In this document: positions 9,889 to 19,821 of the stretch, piece by piece
Numbering within the stretch: the stretch's first letter is position 1
Layout: each line of letters begins with the position of its first letter
Source: an archaeon
GTDB taxonomy: Archaea > Nanobdellota > Nanobdellia > Woesearchaeales > UBA9642
DNA length: 64,000 nucleotides
NCBI GenBank assembly: GCA_020057295.1
Contig: JAGVGF010000002.1
Span: 96,001 to 160,000, forward strand
Reading direction: 5' to 3'
The notes under the pieces: generated by a model
The model's database searches: none
What the model was told of the DNA's origin: nothing
Seen by the model: the letters and a program-made list of their open reading frames with translations, nothing else
Translations under genes and position numbers: made by a program

Positions 9889-10992
9889 TTATCTCTTCTT
9901 ATGAATATTTTTTACTTGCTTCTTTATAATATCTACTATCCTCTCAGATGCTTTACCATCACCAAATAACGGTCTCCATATTATCTTCTTAGTCAACATT
10001 TTTGTAGAACATTCAAGTATCTTTTCTGGTGAAGCACCCGCAAGTAAATTCATTCCAAACTTGATAGTTTCCGGTCTCTCGGTGTTATCCCTAACAGTTA
10101 CTGTTGGTACATGCATTATGCTGCATTCTTCTTGTAATCCGCCAGAATCAGTTATGCATAGGACAGCATTTTTTTCGAGTTGTAAGAATTCAAGAAAGCC
10201 TAAGGGTTTAATCATTCTAATATTAGAAGGCAATTTTAAATTATATTCTAGAATTTTATTAGATGTCCTTGGATGCATAGGAAATAATAGTTTGTACTCA
10301 GGAAATTTTTCTCCGACCATTTCTAATCCTCTGAGAATATTTTGTAATCTTTTTTTATCGTTCGTGTTTTCTGCCCTGTGAACAGTTATCAAAACGTATT
10401 TCTTTGATTTTAAATTTAATTTTTTAAGAATATTACATTTCCTATCAGCAATCTTACTATTTTGATATACTGCATCAACAATAGTGTTCCCGGTCATAGA
10501 AGTGTAGTTAGCATTAACGCCTTCAGTATTAACATTCTTAATCGCATCCTTTGTCGGAAAAAATAAGAATTCAGATAAATGATCTGTAAGTATTCTATTG
10601 ACCTCTTCAGGCATTGTTAAATCATGACTTCGAAGACCTGCTTCGTGATGAGCTACAAGTATTCCTACCTTTTTAGCAGCTAGTGTACCCATCAAAACAG
10701 TCAAAGTATCACCTTGAACTAAAACTACGCCGGGTCTTTCCCTAATAAAATTTTTTTTCATGCCTTTCATCATCATACCGACCTGCTGCCCGAAAGGTTT
10801 AGAACCAACATGTAAATTATACTTTGGTGCGGGTAATTCTAGTTCTTCAAAGAATATCTCATCCATATTATGATCATAATGCTGTCCGCTATGAAGTATA
10901 AAGAAATCTATTTTTCGCTTCTGACACTCTCTGATTATTGGAGACATCTTTATTATCTCAGGTCTTGTTCCAACAACAATGGCAATTTTCAT
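9889..10992 (-). CDS. wecB: UDP-N-acetylglucosamine 2-epimerase (non-hydrolysing)
   Basis: GTRPEIIK, SGQHYD, QGDT, EAGLRS, TDSGGLQEE, TERPE. Confidence 0.95.
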   Translation of the reverse strand: MKIAIVVGTRPEIIKMSPIIRECQKRKIDFFILHSGQHYDHNMDEIFFEELELPAPKYNLHVGSKPFGQQVGMMMKGMKKNFIRERPGVVLVQGDTLTVLMGTLAAKKVGILVAHHEAGLRSHDLTMPEEVNRILTDHLSEFLFFPTKDAIKNVNTEGVNANYTSMTGNTIVDAVYQNSKIADRKCNILKKLNLKSKKYVLITVHRAENTNDKKRLQNILRGLEMVGEKFPEYKLLFPMHPRTSNKILEYNLKLPSNIRMIKPLGFLEFLQLEKNAVLCITDSGGLQEECSIMHVPTVTVRDNTERPETIKFGMNLLAGASPEKILECSTKMLTKKIIWRPLFGDGKASERIVDIIKKQVKNIHKKR

Positions 10993-12122
10993 TTTTTTAT
11001 CTCTATGATTATTTCACTGTTCTTCTCGTCAATATCTTTAACAAATTTTTTTATGTCTGAACTGTTATCAATTTTTTGTTTTATTTCTTTCCAAGAATAT
11101 TTTTTACGTGCTTCTTTTACTGTGTCAACTATTTGTTTTACTTCTTGATATTTTTCATATAATATTTCCCCTTTGGCCTGATTTTCCTCGTATGATTGCT
11201 GGCATTCTAATAAAATTTTGTTTTGGTCATCAATAACTGAAGCAATTTTTTCTATATTTTTATTGTGAACCGTATTGTCCTTAAGTACTTTTATTTTAGA
11301 ATAATTTTCTCTGATTGCTTCACTAAAAGAATCATAAGTCTTTTTATCTTTATTATCAAATGATTTTAATTCAAATGGGAAAATATTCTCGTCTACAAAG
11401 TTAGCGTTTGTTTTGTTGTTGAAAAGTTTCTTGAAATTTTTATAAAGTATATCAAAATCTTTATCCGACAAATCTTTTACTTTGATATTTTTGTCAACCT
11501 TACTATTTAGACAAATTTCCTCAGCAAATGTTCCTCCTAATGAAAGTACTATTGCTAATGTTTTAACTAATGATTCTTTGTTGGAATTTTTTACTCGATC
11601 GAAAAATTCTTCGAGTGATAATTCAGCTACATTAAATTGTGCCTTAGGATAGATATATATTTCATCTTTTTTGAGTTCTCTATCTTTCCAATGTTGTGTT
11701 TCAAGTAAGTTTAATATCTTGTATTTCTCGTCGCAAAATATTATGTTTCCCTTGCTAAATAGTTCTATTATTAAATAATATTTTATCAGTTTATCTTCAA
11801 CTTTTTTTTCTAGAATTAATTCTATGATTCTTTCGAATCCGATTTGTGATATTCCTTTTAATCTTGAACCTTCTAAATATTTTCTTAACATCATACATAA
11901 ACCTGTAGGAGTATCCGCTGTATCTTTACCTTCATCAAGAAATATTATGCTCGGTAATATTGTTCTTAGAAATTTTTTGCCTGTACCACTAATATGAAAT
12001 CCTATAACTAATTCTCTAGACGAATTCTTAGAATGGAATATTCTATCTACTTTAGAATCCTTCAATATCTGTAATTCATTAATCAGATAATACAATTCCA
12101 GTGATGATATTTCGTTTTTCAT
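10989..12122 (-). CDS. NFACT/RqcH (Rqc2) family protein, N-terminal half only
   Basis: MMLRKYLEG, QIGFERII, IELFSKGNIIF, HhH-like LGGTFAEE and the start of the coiled coil (KGEILY); only 377 aa, no NFACT-R/C domains. Confidence 0.8.
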   Translation of the reverse strand: MKNEISSLELYYLINELQILKDSKVDRIFHSKNSSRELVIGFHISGTGKKFLRTILPSIIFLDEGKDTADTPTGLCMMLRKYLEGSRLKGISQIGFERIIELILEKKVEDKLIKYYLIIELFSKGNIIFCDEKYKILNLLETQHWKDRELKKDEIYIYPKAQFNVAELSLEEFFDRVKNSNKESLVKTLAIVLSLGGTFAEEICLNSKVDKNIKVKDLSDKDFDILYKNFKKLFNNKTNANFVDENIFPFELKSFDNKDKKTYDSFSEAIRENYSKIKVLKDNTVHNKNIEKIASVIDDQNKILLECQQSYEENQAKGEILYEKYQEVKQIVDTVKEARKKYSWKEIKQKIDNSSDIKKFVKDIDEKNSEIIIEIKK

Positions 12123-12147
12123 GTTTTTCTTATTTGTTATTATATAT

Positions 12148-12654
12148 TCAGTTCTTTACTAGTATTATGTTTCTCTTTAAAGCTTTTGCCTCTTCTAAAC
12201 ATATGTTGAATATTTCCGAAGCAATATTGTCTTGAATTTTTTTATCAGCATATTTACGTTTTCTTAATCTTTTACTGATATTTGTTATATCGCTGTTTAC
12301 AATTATACAATAGTCGGATTTAATATAATGGCTCATGTGACTGTCTATTATTATCCCTTTGAGCTTTTTCTTTTCCAATAATTTGATAAAATCTTCACTA
12401 ATGATTGTCGTGTCTAACATTTTATCAAATATTTTATCTTTAGAACTTTGTTTAGTCACAATTGGCTCTAATTTTTTTACTAATTTCTTAATATCTACTT
12501 CGTAAGTTTTATCTGCCTTATTGTATAAATCATATAATTTGTTTGCACGTACATATTTGTTTAAATCAAAATATTTCAGTCCAGTACTTTTAGCTATTTT
12601 TTCAGAAATGTATGTTTTGCCTGTTCCGGGCGTTCCGCTAATCGTTATTATCAT
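12148..12654 (-). CDS. Atypical adenylate kinase/ATPase, AK6/Fap7 family
   Basis: ISGTPGTGKT, IIDSH motif, RLRKRKY...KIQDNIASEI. Confidence 0.88.
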   Translation of the reverse strand: MIITISGTPGTGKTYISEKIAKSTGLKYFDLNKYVRANKLYDLYNKADKTYEVDIKKLVKKLEPIVTKQSSKDKIFDKMLDTTIISEDFIKLLEKKKLKGIIIDSHMSHYIKSDYCIIVNSDITNISKRLRKRKYADKKIQDNIASEIFNICLEEAKALKRNIILVKN

Positions 12655-12687
12655 ACTATAAGTTAGAATGTTGATATTATAAAGTTT

Positions 12688-12867
12688 CTACTTTTTAAGC
12701 CAATTCATTACAGGAAATGCTATGATTGCAAATACTATAATAACTATCCAGAATGTTGCATCACCATACGTATTAGTAAATCTAAGTATGGTATTTGTGA
12801 CTATTCCTAATATAGAGATTATTCCCAAAGTTTTTCTTAAAACTAAGTTTTTCTCTTTAACTTTCAT
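12688..12867 (-). CDS. Small two-TM membrane protein (59 aa) translationally coupled to nrdR
   Basis: Manual translation MKVKEKNLVLRKTLGIISILGIVTNTILRFTNTYGDATFWIVIIVFAIIAFPVMNWLKK*; ATGA overlap with the nrdR stop. Confidence 0.65.
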   Translation of the reverse strand: MKVKEKNLVLRKTLGIISILGIVTNTILRFTNTYGDATFWIVIIVFAIIAFPVMNWLKK

Positions 12868-13307
12868 TTCATACTCTTTAATTCTTTTTCTAAATCATGA
12901 ATATCCTTAAATTGTCTATAAACTGAAGCAAATCTAATATATGCTATTTCATTAAATTTCTTCAAGTGCTTCATTACAATATCTCCAACTATTGTGCTAT
13001 TAATCTCGTTAGATTCCATCCTAAACAATTCTGCCTCTATTTCATCTACAATCTTGTTTATCTCTTCAGAACTTATAGCGAGTTTTTCACAAGAAGTGAT
13101 TATACCCTTAAGTATTTTAGAACGATCGTAAGGTTGTCTTCTACCATCTTTCTTAACAATTTTCAAATCAAGCATTTCTACACGTTCATAAGTCGTGAAC
13201 CTTTTGCTGCAAGAAATACATTCTCTTCTCCTACGTTCTGTATCTTCATCAGATTCTCTCTTATCTATAACTTTTAACTCTTTAGAACCGCAAAATGGAC
13301 ATTTCAT
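12864..13307 (-). CDS. nrdR: Transcriptional repressor NrdR
   Basis: MKCPFC, RRRECISCSKRFTTYE Zn ribbon, ATP cone (IVKKDGRRQPYDRSK), AYIRFASVYRQF. Confidence 0.96.
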   Translation of the reverse strand: MKCPFCGSKELKVIDKRESDEDTERRRRECISCSKRFTTYERVEMLDLKIVKKDGRRQPYDRSKILKGIITSCEKLAISSEEINKIVDEIEAELFRMESNEINSTIVGDIVMKHLKKFNEIAYIRFASVYRQFKDIHDLEKELKSMK

Positions 13308-13437
13308 GAATACACCTTAAAGAATCAATACACGCACTAATATAAAAAAGTAATGAAAATTAAGATAAAGCTTAATTTTCATATAAGAACTTAAAAAGTT
13401 CTATAATGAAAATAAAGATAATAAAAAAATTAAAAAT

Positions 13438-16398
13438 TTATTCTCCGCAGCCTCCTCCTTTCTTGCAATGTGGACACTTTGTACATTTACCATCTTGTAT
13501 TAACATTGTGCCACATTCATCACATGTGCCTCCTGTAAGTTTTCCAGAGATTTGAATTTCTGAAGAACTATCTTTGCCCCATTTTCTTGTTCTCTTGATT
13601 TTTTCTAATGTTTGTCTAGTATCTAATCCATCTTCTTCATCAATCCAGAAGTTTTTCCCTGATACTTTTACAACTGTTTCCTCAAGAGATGGTGCTCCAG
13701 GATAAACTTTGTGGCCTCCTACTGTAGGGAATAAATGTAGTTTAGGCACTTTTTGATATATTCTCAATTCTGTTGGTAAAGGTCTGAGCTCACGTAGATG
13801 ATTTTTTTCTATGAAAGATATATCTCCTAAATAATGTGCGCTAAGCCATTCATGTAAAAATCCTTCAATTCCTCTAGCAGATGTTACGAAAGGATGATCT
13901 GTGAATCCACCAATCTGTGATTTTCCTGCCTTACTAAATATTTCTAGAGCCTCTCTTAACGGCATACCGTACTGTAACTTTTCAGAGAATTGTATTGCTG
14001 CTTCATTTAGTAATCTGTTAATTTCTGATCCTCTTTCTAAGGAATCCACAAATACTTCTCCTAATCTTCCATCAATGTATTCTCCAGTTCTGATAAACAC
14101 AGGTCTACCGCCTAATTTTACTTTCTGTGTTATACCATACCTTGTTGATGGTAATGATTCCCTTTCTCCTCTTCCTAATGTTATAATTGAAGATCCCTTC
14201 TTTGTCTTTAGAGGTTGAGAGGCTTTACTTCCATCTCTATATATGGCTACAGCTTTCACACCTAGTTTCCATGAATCATAGAACATCTTTTCTATTTCTT
14301 CTACTGTGGTGTTTTCTGGGCAGTTTACAGTTTTTGATATTGCTCCAGATACGTGTGGTTGAATAGCTGCCAACATTCTTATATGTCCCATTGGAGAAAT
14401 AGACCTGACGCCTTTTCCACCAGTCACTGCACAATCAAATATAGACAAGTGTTCTGCCTTCAAGTATGGTGCTCCTTCTATAGTATCATTCTTCTTTATG
14501 TATTCTTCAATTTCAACTATTTGATCAGCCGAATACTTTAATTTCTTTAATCCTTTTTTGATACTACCATTAACTATGGTCATGTATCCGCCACCAGATA
14601 ATTCCTTATATGATTTAGCTGCAAATGTTGGTTCTCCACCAGTTGTGTCAACATCCATCATAAATCCAATCGTTCCTGTTGGAGCCAATAATGTTAACTG
14701 AGAGTTTCTTATACCATATTTTTCTGCACGTTCTATTGCTTCATCATAAGTTTTTACTGCAGTACCTACTAAACTCTCTAGACCATTTTTCCTTGAGATA
14801 CTTTTAGCTGCATCTCTATGCATTCGTAATACTTCCAATACTGACTCTTTATTTTTCTCATATTCTTGGAATGGACCTACTTTTTCTGCTAATCTTGTAG
14901 ATTGCAAGAATGCTTCCGCATTCATGTTTGCAGTTATTGCTGCTGCAAGATTTCTTCCATCATCAGAATCATATGCTAATCCTTCAGAAGTCAACAATGC
15001 TCCTAAGTTAGCATATCCTAATCCTAAAGGTCTGAACAAGTGACTGTTCAATGCTACTTCTTCAGTAGGATATGATGCTTTTGACACAAAAATATCTTGT
15101 GCTGTAATATATACATCTACATCTTTTTTGAATGCAGTTATATCAAAAGTTCCATCTTCTCTCTTGTATTTCATTAAATTTAACGAAGCTAAATTACATG
15201 CAGTATTGTTCAAGAACATATATTCAGAGCAAGGGTTTGATGCCCATATATCTCCAGAGGCTTTACATGTATTCCATCTGTTTATTATTGTATGATTTTG
15301 TATTCCTGGGTCACCCATAGCGTGTGCTGTGAATGCCATTAATTGAGCTAAATCTCTAGCTCTTACCATTTTAACTTCTTTACCTTTAACTTGTCTAACA
15401 GGATAGTCTATATCAGCTTCATATGCTTGCCAGAATGCATCATCAGTTCTTACAGAATAATTTGCATTTTGTCCCCGCAAATTTTGGAAAGTATGGCTTT
15501 CCCAATGATTTGGAGATCCTGCTTCAAGAAGTATTCTTCCCTTCTCTTCTTCAGCATATTTATCTATAATAAATTCAGGCATATCTGGATGCCAAACGCT
15601 TATACTCTGCATTGTTGCTGCTCTTCTTGTTTTTCCACCAGATTTTATTACTCTTCCAACAGCATCTTGTACATCCATAAATCTTTTGGCTCCTGAAGCA
15701 ACTCCGCCTCCCGATATAAATTCTCCAGCAGATCTTACCTGACTCCAGTCTCCACCGATTCCTGAACCATTTTTGTAAATTGTTGAACTCACATTAGCTG
15801 CAACCTTAATCATATCTTTAATAGAATCTTCGGGTGATGAAATAAAGCACGCTGATATTTGAGGATGTGCGTGTATATTTTCTACTTGAATTGGTTTTCC
15901 ATCTGGACCAATATAAAATGTTTCACCCTCTTGTTTTATTCCGTACGAGTCTAATCCTAAATTAAACCAAACTGGAGAATTGAATGAACCTCTTTGTGAT
16001 AATGTTGACATCATTAATTCATCTTCGAGAATTTTTCCTGTTTCTGGAGTAAAGTATCCTTGTTCTACACCCCATCTGTTTGCTGTTTGTGCCACTCTTC
16101 CTGCTAATTGTCTCATGTCTATTTCTCTTCCTCTAGGGCCGGGAACATCTGTTCTTCTGAAATATTTTGTTCCTACAGTGTTTGAAGAGTTATAACTCCA
16201 ATTTTGTGGGAAAAGAGCATTTTGAATTGTTTCAATAGCTTCGCCTTTATCATTTGTGACTGTAACATCTCTTGGCCCAACTTCAAAAACTGCAGCATCG
16301 TAAGGATCAATAACTGTTAATATATTTCCTTGTGCGTCTCTTGAGACAGAAAGATTTCTTTCAATTCTTAGAACATTTTCAGCAACTCCATCACTCAT
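13438..16398 (-). CDS. nrdJ: Class II (adenosylcobalamin-dependent) ribonucleotide reductase
   Basis: FNSPVWFN, QISACFI, GGKTRRAA, SNPCSEY, ACNLASLN, APTGTI, GAISKTVN, YRDGSK, C-terminal Cys cluster. Start moved to ATG 16398 because of the GGGTGA RBS; the ORF track gives 16425. Confidence 0.96.
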   Translation of the reverse strand: MSDGVAENVLRIERNLSVSRDAQGNILTVIDPYDAAVFEVGPRDVTVTNDKGEAIETIQNALFPQNWSYNSSNTVGTKYFRRTDVPGPRGREIDMRQLAGRVAQTANRWGVEQGYFTPETGKILEDELMMSTLSQRGSFNSPVWFNLGLDSYGIKQEGETFYIGPDGKPIQVENIHAHPQISACFISSPEDSIKDMIKVAANVSSTIYKNGSGIGGDWSQVRSAGEFISGGGVASGAKRFMDVQDAVGRVIKSGGKTRRAATMQSISVWHPDMPEFIIDKYAEEEKGRILLEAGSPNHWESHTFQNLRGQNANYSVRTDDAFWQAYEADIDYPVRQVKGKEVKMVRARDLAQLMAFTAHAMGDPGIQNHTIINRWNTCKASGDIWASNPCSEYMFLNNTACNLASLNLMKYKREDGTFDITAFKKDVDVYITAQDIFVSKASYPTEEVALNSHLFRPLGLGYANLGALLTSEGLAYDSDDGRNLAAAITANMNAEAFLQSTRLAEKVGPFQEYEKNKESVLEVLRMHRDAAKSISRKNGLESLVGTAVKTYDEAIERAEKYGIRNSQLTLLAPTGTIGFMMDVDTTGGEPTFAAKSYKELSGGGYMTIVNGSIKKGLKKLKYSADQIVEIEEYIKKNDTIEGAPYLKAEHLSIFDCAVTGGKGVRSISPMGHIRMLAAIQPHVSGAISKTVNCPENTTVEEIEKMFYDSWKLGVKAVAIYRDGSKASQPLKTKKGSSIITLGRGERESLPSTRYGITQKVKLGGRPVFIRTGEYIDGRLGEVFVDSLERGSEINRLLNEAAIQFSEKLQYGMPLREALEIFSKAGKSQIGGFTDHPFVTSARGIEGFLHEWLSAHYLGDISFIEKNHLRELRPLPTELRIYQKVPKLHLFPTVGGHKVYPGAPSLEETVVKVSGKNFWIDEEDGLDTRQTLEKIKRTRKWGKDSSSEIQISGKLTGGTCDECGTMLIQDGKCTKCPHCKKGGGCGE

Positions 16399-16445
16399 AT
16401 TTTCACCCAATCCTTTCCACGTCAATTATCTTAAAATGTGTTAGA

Positions 16446-16603
16446 CCACAACAGGTTGTGGTTTGTTTTGTTGTTTAATACAACCTGTAGGGTCCTGGTA
16501 TTGAACTTATATATAAAGATTATTGTGCTTTAATTCATATGTTCAAAAAGAAATAACACAACATATAGTGTTTTTAGTTATGAATAAACACAACTAAAGG
16601 GAA
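16446..16603. promoter_or_regulatory. Four NrdR boxes in two 32-bp-spaced pairs, flanking the nrdJ TATA box
   Basis: ccacaacaggttgtgg (16446), atacaacctgtagggt (16478), acacaacatatagtgt (16556), acacaactaaagggaa (16588, weakest). They match the acaCwAtATaTwGtgt consensus; minus-strand tttatata at about 16510-16517. Confidence 0.8.
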
Positions 16604-16676
16604 AAACATACAAATATTTAATCACTCTTAAGTAATTAATCGATACATTTATAATTTCTTTATATCTTCTAAAATC

Positions 16677-17390
16677 ATGTCAAAATATGAACTTAAACGC
16701 CCTTTATATTATACTAAAGAATCAAGCTTAGTTGACAGATTACGTAATGATATGTTCTATTCTTATCAAGATTGTAAAAATACGTTTCTCGAATCAGTTT
16801 CAGATTCATATAATGGAACTTTAGATATGCTTGTTAAAGCCAAAAAAGTTAATTCTGCACTTGTTATGGGAACATTAGCTAGTATAACATTCAACATTTT
16901 AAGCACACATCATGCCGCAACTAATGGTTATGATTATAATGATACAAAGTGGGCTTCATATATTGGCGAGTCAGCTGTTAACTCAATAGTATTTGCTGCA
17001 ACATTTTTGTATGAATCAAGAAAAGAAGGAAAAACATGGGCACAATCTGGCAAAGATCTTTTAAGTCTTTTACCTGTAACATTCACTTTAAGTTTAGGAC
17101 CATATAGAATGAGTAAAAATCTTTTAGTAGATTATTTAACAGCATGGGGATTGCCAATAGAAGGAGCAGCTCCTATAGCACAAATCGCATTGTTAGCTCC
17201 TTTCGCTCTTTCAGTAGACTATTGTTTGAAGAAATTAAAATATTTTAAAAAAAATCCTGAAGTAATCACGCAATCAATAATTGCTGGAACAGAAAAAGTT
17301 ACAGATGGTGCCACAAATATTGGTAGAGCTGTTAAGTATAGGAACATAAAACGTAAAAGAAAAAATTTACGCTCTAAAAATAAGAATTAA
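16677..17390 (+). CDS. Hypothetical membrane protein
   Basis: 237 aa with several hydrophobic segments and a basic tail; TATA-like tttataa upstream. Confidence 0.7.
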   Translation: MSKYELKRPLYYTKESSLVDRLRNDMFYSYQDCKNTFLESVSDSYNGTLDMLVKAKKVNSALVMGTLASITFNILSTHHAATNGYDYNDTKWASYIGESAVNSIVFAATFLYESRKEGKTWAQSGKDLLSLLPVTFTLSLGPYRMSKNLLVDYLTAWGLPIEGAAPIAQIALLAPFALSVDYCLKKLKYFKKNPEVITQSIIAGTEKVTDGATNIGRAVKYRNIKRKRKNLRSKNKN

Positions 17391-19099
17391 ATCTTCTTAA
17401 TCATATATGGTCCTTCTAATTCATATCCTGTTTTTCTATAATATTCTCGAACGCCAACTCCTGAAATAATTATCATCTTATTACGATTATTTTGTTTAGC
17501 TATCTCTTCAGCTTTAAGCATAAGTTTTCTTCCTATTCCTTTATGCTGTGTTTTTGTATCTTCAGAAGTTCCAATGCTGACAACTTGTCCGTAAACATGC
17601 AATTCTCTGATTAGTGCTGATGTTTCTGTAATTACTGTATGTAACGTACGATTTGGTATTCTTAATCTTACAAATCCTAGTAATCTATTATCAGATTCCA
17701 TACTAATAAAATATTCTTTACCATCAGAAGCATCATACTCTCTAATAACTAATTCTGGTTCTCCAGTGATTTTGTCAAGTCTGATTTCTCTAGCACTAAT
17801 ATCTCTACCAACTATTTGCCGTTCCTTAGCTAGAGTGTCTACATATTGTCTCAAGTTTGTTCTACCAACACCTGCACTTGTAGCATATGTTGGGATGTCT
17901 CTCTGAATTCTCATAATTCTACAATATTCAGGTATGAATCTTAATGATTCAACTATTATTTCTGCAGCCTCTTCAGTACTTAACGGTTTAAAAATTCCTT
18001 TCTCATACTGTTTTAATAAAGCTGTTCCAGGCATGACCATGCAAGGATATATCTTTAACATGTCAGGTCTAAATGCTGGATCATCAAAAAGAGTTTTTAG
18101 ACTTTGAATATCTTTTTCTAAACTTATTCTTTGATTATTTTCATCTGGTAATCCTGGCATCATATGAAAATTTAACTTAAATCCTAAATCTCTCAAATCT
18201 GCAATAGCTTTCTTAGAATCTTCAATACCATGACCTCTATTTACTGCCTTTAAGATATTATCATAAACTGTCTGTATGCCAAGTTCAATTCTTGTAGCAC
18301 CTAAATTAAGTAGATATATTCCTTGATCTGCAAATGCCCAATCTGGCTTTGTCTCAATTGTTAAACCTATACATCTTATAGCAGCAGTTTCATTAATTTT
18401 ATGTTCCTCTTCCAAACTTTTAATATTCTCTTTTTTTAGTTTCAAGACTTTTTCTTTAATTCTCTCAGTTCTACCTTTATCATTAATATCTCCTGGTAAT
18501 TCAAAAAATTCTTTAAATTTATTAATATCAAATTCTTTAACTCCATTAACTTCTTTGAAAAATTTGGTAGAAAAATCATTATATGCCTTAAATGAAAAAT
18601 AAACATATTCCTCTTGATATTGTCTTGGAAATGCTGTGAATGTTCCTCCCATAATAATCTGATCAACTTTATCGGGGTTTTGTCCGATAACAATATACTG
18701 TTCAAGTCTGTTAAATATTATCCTGTAAGGATCATAATCATTTCTAATTCCACGCATTGTACTTGGTTCTTTCCCAGTATAACTTTTAGGAGTGTCCCCA
18801 AAAAAACTATTTAATCCGCCAGGACAGTAAGTACAAGAACCATGAGGACAATTAATTGGCTTGGTCATCGTAGCAATAACAGTAACTCCAGAAGCAGTTC
18901 TTCCAGGTTTAGTTTGAAGACAAGTTCTAATTATTTGTGCATCATCAGAATTTGCCTGTAAATATATCTCGATATCAGTAGGAATATCTTTAATCTTATA
19001 TTTCTTACACAAATCTTTCTTATGTCTAGCTAACGCTTGTTTATCTGGTTTATTTTCTTTAATCCATTCAATTAATTCATTAAAAATTTCAGCAGTCAT
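17387..19099 (-). CDS. elp3: Elp3 radical-SAM/GNAT tRNA U34 carboxymethylation enzyme
   Basis: CPHGSCTYCPGG, SYTGKEP, MGGTF, ETKPD, LKIYP, RIQRDIP, IRELHVYG, QHKGIG, GVGVREYY. Confidence 0.95.
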   Translation of the reverse strand: MTAEIFNELIEWIKENKPDKQALARHKKDLCKKYKIKDIPTDIEIYLQANSDDAQIIRTCLQTKPGRTASGVTVIATMTKPINCPHGSCTYCPGGLNSFFGDTPKSYTGKEPSTMRGIRNDYDPYRIIFNRLEQYIVIGQNPDKVDQIIMGGTFTAFPRQYQEEYVYFSFKAYNDFSTKFFKEVNGVKEFDINKFKEFFELPGDINDKGRTERIKEKVLKLKKENIKSLEEEHKINETAAIRCIGLTIETKPDWAFADQGIYLLNLGATRIELGIQTVYDNILKAVNRGHGIEDSKKAIADLRDLGFKLNFHMMPGLPDENNQRISLEKDIQSLKTLFDDPAFRPDMLKIYPCMVMPGTALLKQYEKGIFKPLSTEEAAEIIVESLRFIPEYCRIMRIQRDIPTYATSAGVGRTNLRQYVDTLAKERQIVGRDISAREIRLDKITGEPELVIREYDASDGKEYFISMESDNRLLGFVRLRIPNRTLHTVITETSALIRELHVYGQVVSIGTSEDTKTQHKGIGRKLMLKAEEIAKQNNRNKMIIISGVGVREYYRKTGYELEGPYMIKKI

Positions 19100-19134
19100 A
19101 TTATCACTTTTAGCATATTTAGTATTTTAAAAAA

Positions 19135-19821
19135 TTATTTTTTACTACATGTTTTACAATCCACATTTTTCTTGACATTTATTTTCATCAATGTATTATC
19201 ATTGAAATTTATTCGTAACAATTTATCTTCAATTTTTCCATTAACTAAATAATTTATTGCAATATTTGTAGTCATTGATGCAATCATTACAACAATTGAA
19301 TTTAATACACCTATTTCGCACGATGTTTCTCCGTCTTTGTTTTGTTGCAAACATTCATAGCACGGACTGTTATTTTTATTGTCAACAAAAAATATTGCGC
19401 CGATGTTACTAACCGCTCCTGAATATATCCAATTAATTTTATTTTTATTACAGTATTTATTAATTAATAATCTAGTCTTGACATTATCTGTGCAGTCAAT
19501 AACTAAATCGATATTTTTTGAAATTATTTTTTGAATATTCTTTTCGACCAATTCTTCATTGATGCTTTTTATTTCTGTAAATTGTGATAGTTTTTCTTTA
19601 ACACACGAAACTTTAGATTTTAACAAATCGTTTTTATCATATAATATTTGTCTTTCAAGATTTGTATCATCGACTATATCGTGATCAACGACGATTAATT
19701 TTATTCCAACTCTCGCAAGTAAATTTGCAACAGTACATCCAAGTCCTCCAACACCTACTATCAACACTTGTTTATTTTTTATTTTTTCAGTATTTTTTCC
19801 TAGGACTTTTTTAGTTGACAT
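19135..19821 (-). CDS. ThiF/MoeB/UbaA E1-like adenylyltransferase
   Basis: GVGGLG, DHDIVDDTNLERQ, DCTDN, PCYECL, catalytic SCEIGV, C-terminal CKTC. Confidence 0.92.
   Translation of the reverse strand: MSTKKVLGKNTEKIKNKQVLIVGVGGLGCTVANLLARVGIKLIVVDHDIVDDTNLERQILYDKNDLLKSKVSCVKEKLSQFTEIKSINEELVEKNIQKIISKNIDLVIDCTDNVKTRLLINKYCNKNKINWIYSGAVSNIGAIFFVDNKNNSPCYECLQQNKDGETSCEIGVLNSIVVMIASMTTNIAINYLVNGKIEDKLLRINFNDNTLMKINVKKNVDCKTCSKK

Noticed and set aside
13325-13350. Possible NrdR box upstream of nrdR (cgcactaatataaaaa)
   Set aside because: Only a half-site match, with no partner box at 31-32 bp.
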